A model generated the notes under the pieces. The model searched no databases, was not told where the DNA came from, and worked only from the letters and a program-made list of their open reading frames with translations. DNA of 64,000 nt from Calditrichia bacterium (lineage in GTDB: Bacteria; Calditrichota; Calditrichia; JAJRVZ01), in assembly GCA_963777955.1 (NCBI GenBank), contig CAVZSQ010000003.1, positions 64,001 to 128,000 on the forward strand, read 5' to 3'. The stretch's first letter is position 1, and each line of letters begins with the position of its first letter. This document shows, piece by piece, positions 62,932 to 64,000 of the stretch. Made by a program: the position numbers and the translations under genes.

Positions 62932-63972
62932 ATGAGTTTAGAAATACTCACGGCACGTGAGCAGGAGATTCTGGAAACAGTTATCCAGCAATTTTTGCTG
63001 ACCGGGAATCCGGTGGGCTCGCGGACAATTTCAAAAAAACGCCAAGAGGAATTAAGTCCCGCTTCGATCCGTAACGTAATGGCAGATCTGGAGGAACGGG
63101 GCTACCTGAATCATCCCCATACTTCTGCCGGCCGCGTGCCTACCAGTAAAGGTTATCGCCATTACGTGGATAATCTGATGAAAATTGTCCGGCTATCCGA
63201 GAAAGAAAAAGAGATGATCCGGGATAATATCGGAAAACTTATGGGGGACGTGGATCTCATTTTAGAGAAAACTTCACAGGTCATGGCCCGCATTTCTAAT
63301 CAACTGGGTCTGATCCTGACTCCCAAATTTGATGACGGGATTCTGGAAAAATTAGATGTTATATCGGTCAGTTCGGATAAGGTTCTGGTTATTATCAGCA
63401 TCAAAGACGGAATGGTCAGAACCATCCTGCTGGAAGTGGAACACCATATACCGGCCGGGCTGATGGCCAGGACTATACAGTTGCTGAACGAACGGTTGTC
63501 CGGCCTCAGGATCAGAGAAATTAAAAGTTCGATCCATCAAAGGGTGAAAGATTTAATTAATGAAAAAACCGGGATCATCCGGTTGTTTATCGAGTCGGCC
63601 GATAAACTCTTTGATTATACACAGTATATGAATATTAAATATACCGGCACTATTAATATTCTGTCGAATCCTGAATTTGCCGACGTGGTAAAATTTTCGG
63701 CGCTGATAGAATTACTGGAGGAGAAAAATATCATTATTCATATGATGGAAAAACGTCATGAACCGCCGGGAATAAAAATTACCATCGGTGATGAGAATGA
63801 AGTAAAACCGATTCAGGAATGCAGCATCATTACCGCACCATATACCGTAGGGAATGTGGAAGGGATTGTCGGTGTTATCGGTCCAATGAGGATGGCTTAT
63901 AAACGCATCATTCCCCTGGTGGATTTTACTGCCAAACTCATTAGCCAGGTGTTTCGAGAAAACAGAGTATAA
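62932..63972 (+). CDS. hrcA: Heat-inducible transcription repressor HrcA
   Basis: PVGSRT, SPASIRNVMADLEE.GYL.HPHTSAGRVPT.KGYR.YVD, IGDEN, GVIGPMRM.Y. Confidence 0.96.
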   Translation: MSLEILTAREQEILETVIQQFLLTGNPVGSRTISKKRQEELSPASIRNVMADLEERGYLNHPHTSAGRVPTSKGYRHYVDNLMKIVRLSEKEKEMIRDNIGKLMGDVDLILEKTSQVMARISNQLGLILTPKFDDGILEKLDVISVSSDKVLVIISIKDGMVRTILLEVEHHIPAGLMARTIQLLNERLSGLRIREIKSSIHQRVKDLINEKTGIIRLFIESADKLFDYTQYMNIKYTGTINILSNPEFADVVKFSALIELLEEKNIIIHMMEKRHEPPGIKITIGDENEVKPIQECSIITAPYTVGNVEGIVGVIGPMRMAYKRIIPLVDFTAKLISQVFRENRV

Positions 63973-63989
63973 CGAGGAGATCTATTTTA

Positions 63990-64000
63990 ATGAAGGATCA
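63990..64000 (+). CDS. Start of next gene, probably grpE by synteny (truncated by window edge)
   Basis: GAGGAG RBS and ATG at 63990 directly after hrcA; only three codons visible. Confidence 0.3.

Noticed and set aside
709..63540. Numerous 60-150 aa antisense or out-of-frame ORFs in the track
   Set aside because: They lie inside well-supported genes and lack RBSs or motifs; the similar pair 17959/18637 merely mirrors the CBM9 duplication.

Overview
Bacterial chromosomal window with no rRNA, tRNA, CRISPR array or transposase seen. It has T9SS-type C-terminal sorting domains and a PorV/PorQ-like barrel, yet uses canonical TTGACA-17-TATAAT-like promoters and strong Shine-Dalgarno motifs. That suggests a non-Bacteroidota FCB-related lineage such as Calditrichota, KSB1 or Ignavibacteria (inference). 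About the first 41 kb is a beta-glucan/cellodextrin utilisation and sensing island: SSS symporter, GH5 endoglucanase, GH94 cellobiose phosphorylase and SGNH-TPR protein, then a SusD-less uptake operon (TonB-dependent receptor, FN3/CTD protein, lipoprotein, dedicated PorV/PorQ-like barrel, IPT-propeller lipoprotein, tandem-CBM9 T9SS protein) and a CBM-esterase. Three beta-propeller sensor kinases follow, one wired to a CheA-like HPt+HATPase class III module whose paralog sits at the window start, then a receiver/hybrid kinase pair, a TolB-like protein, a T9SS gluconolactonase and a GPH symporter. The remainder holds a Tat DUF362 cluster, a truncated creD, an ABC-2 exporter, a glucosylglycerate-type osmolyte cluster, a Kef-type antiporter, a stand-alone GMP synthase ATPPase subunit, sodB, two small secreted-peptide ORFs, hflX, a BatA/VWA protein, ftsEX and hrcA. 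Thirteen frameshifts all resolve as single-base insertions, which points to sequencing error rather than pseudogenes. All family calls are from motif recognition by eye; no searches were run.
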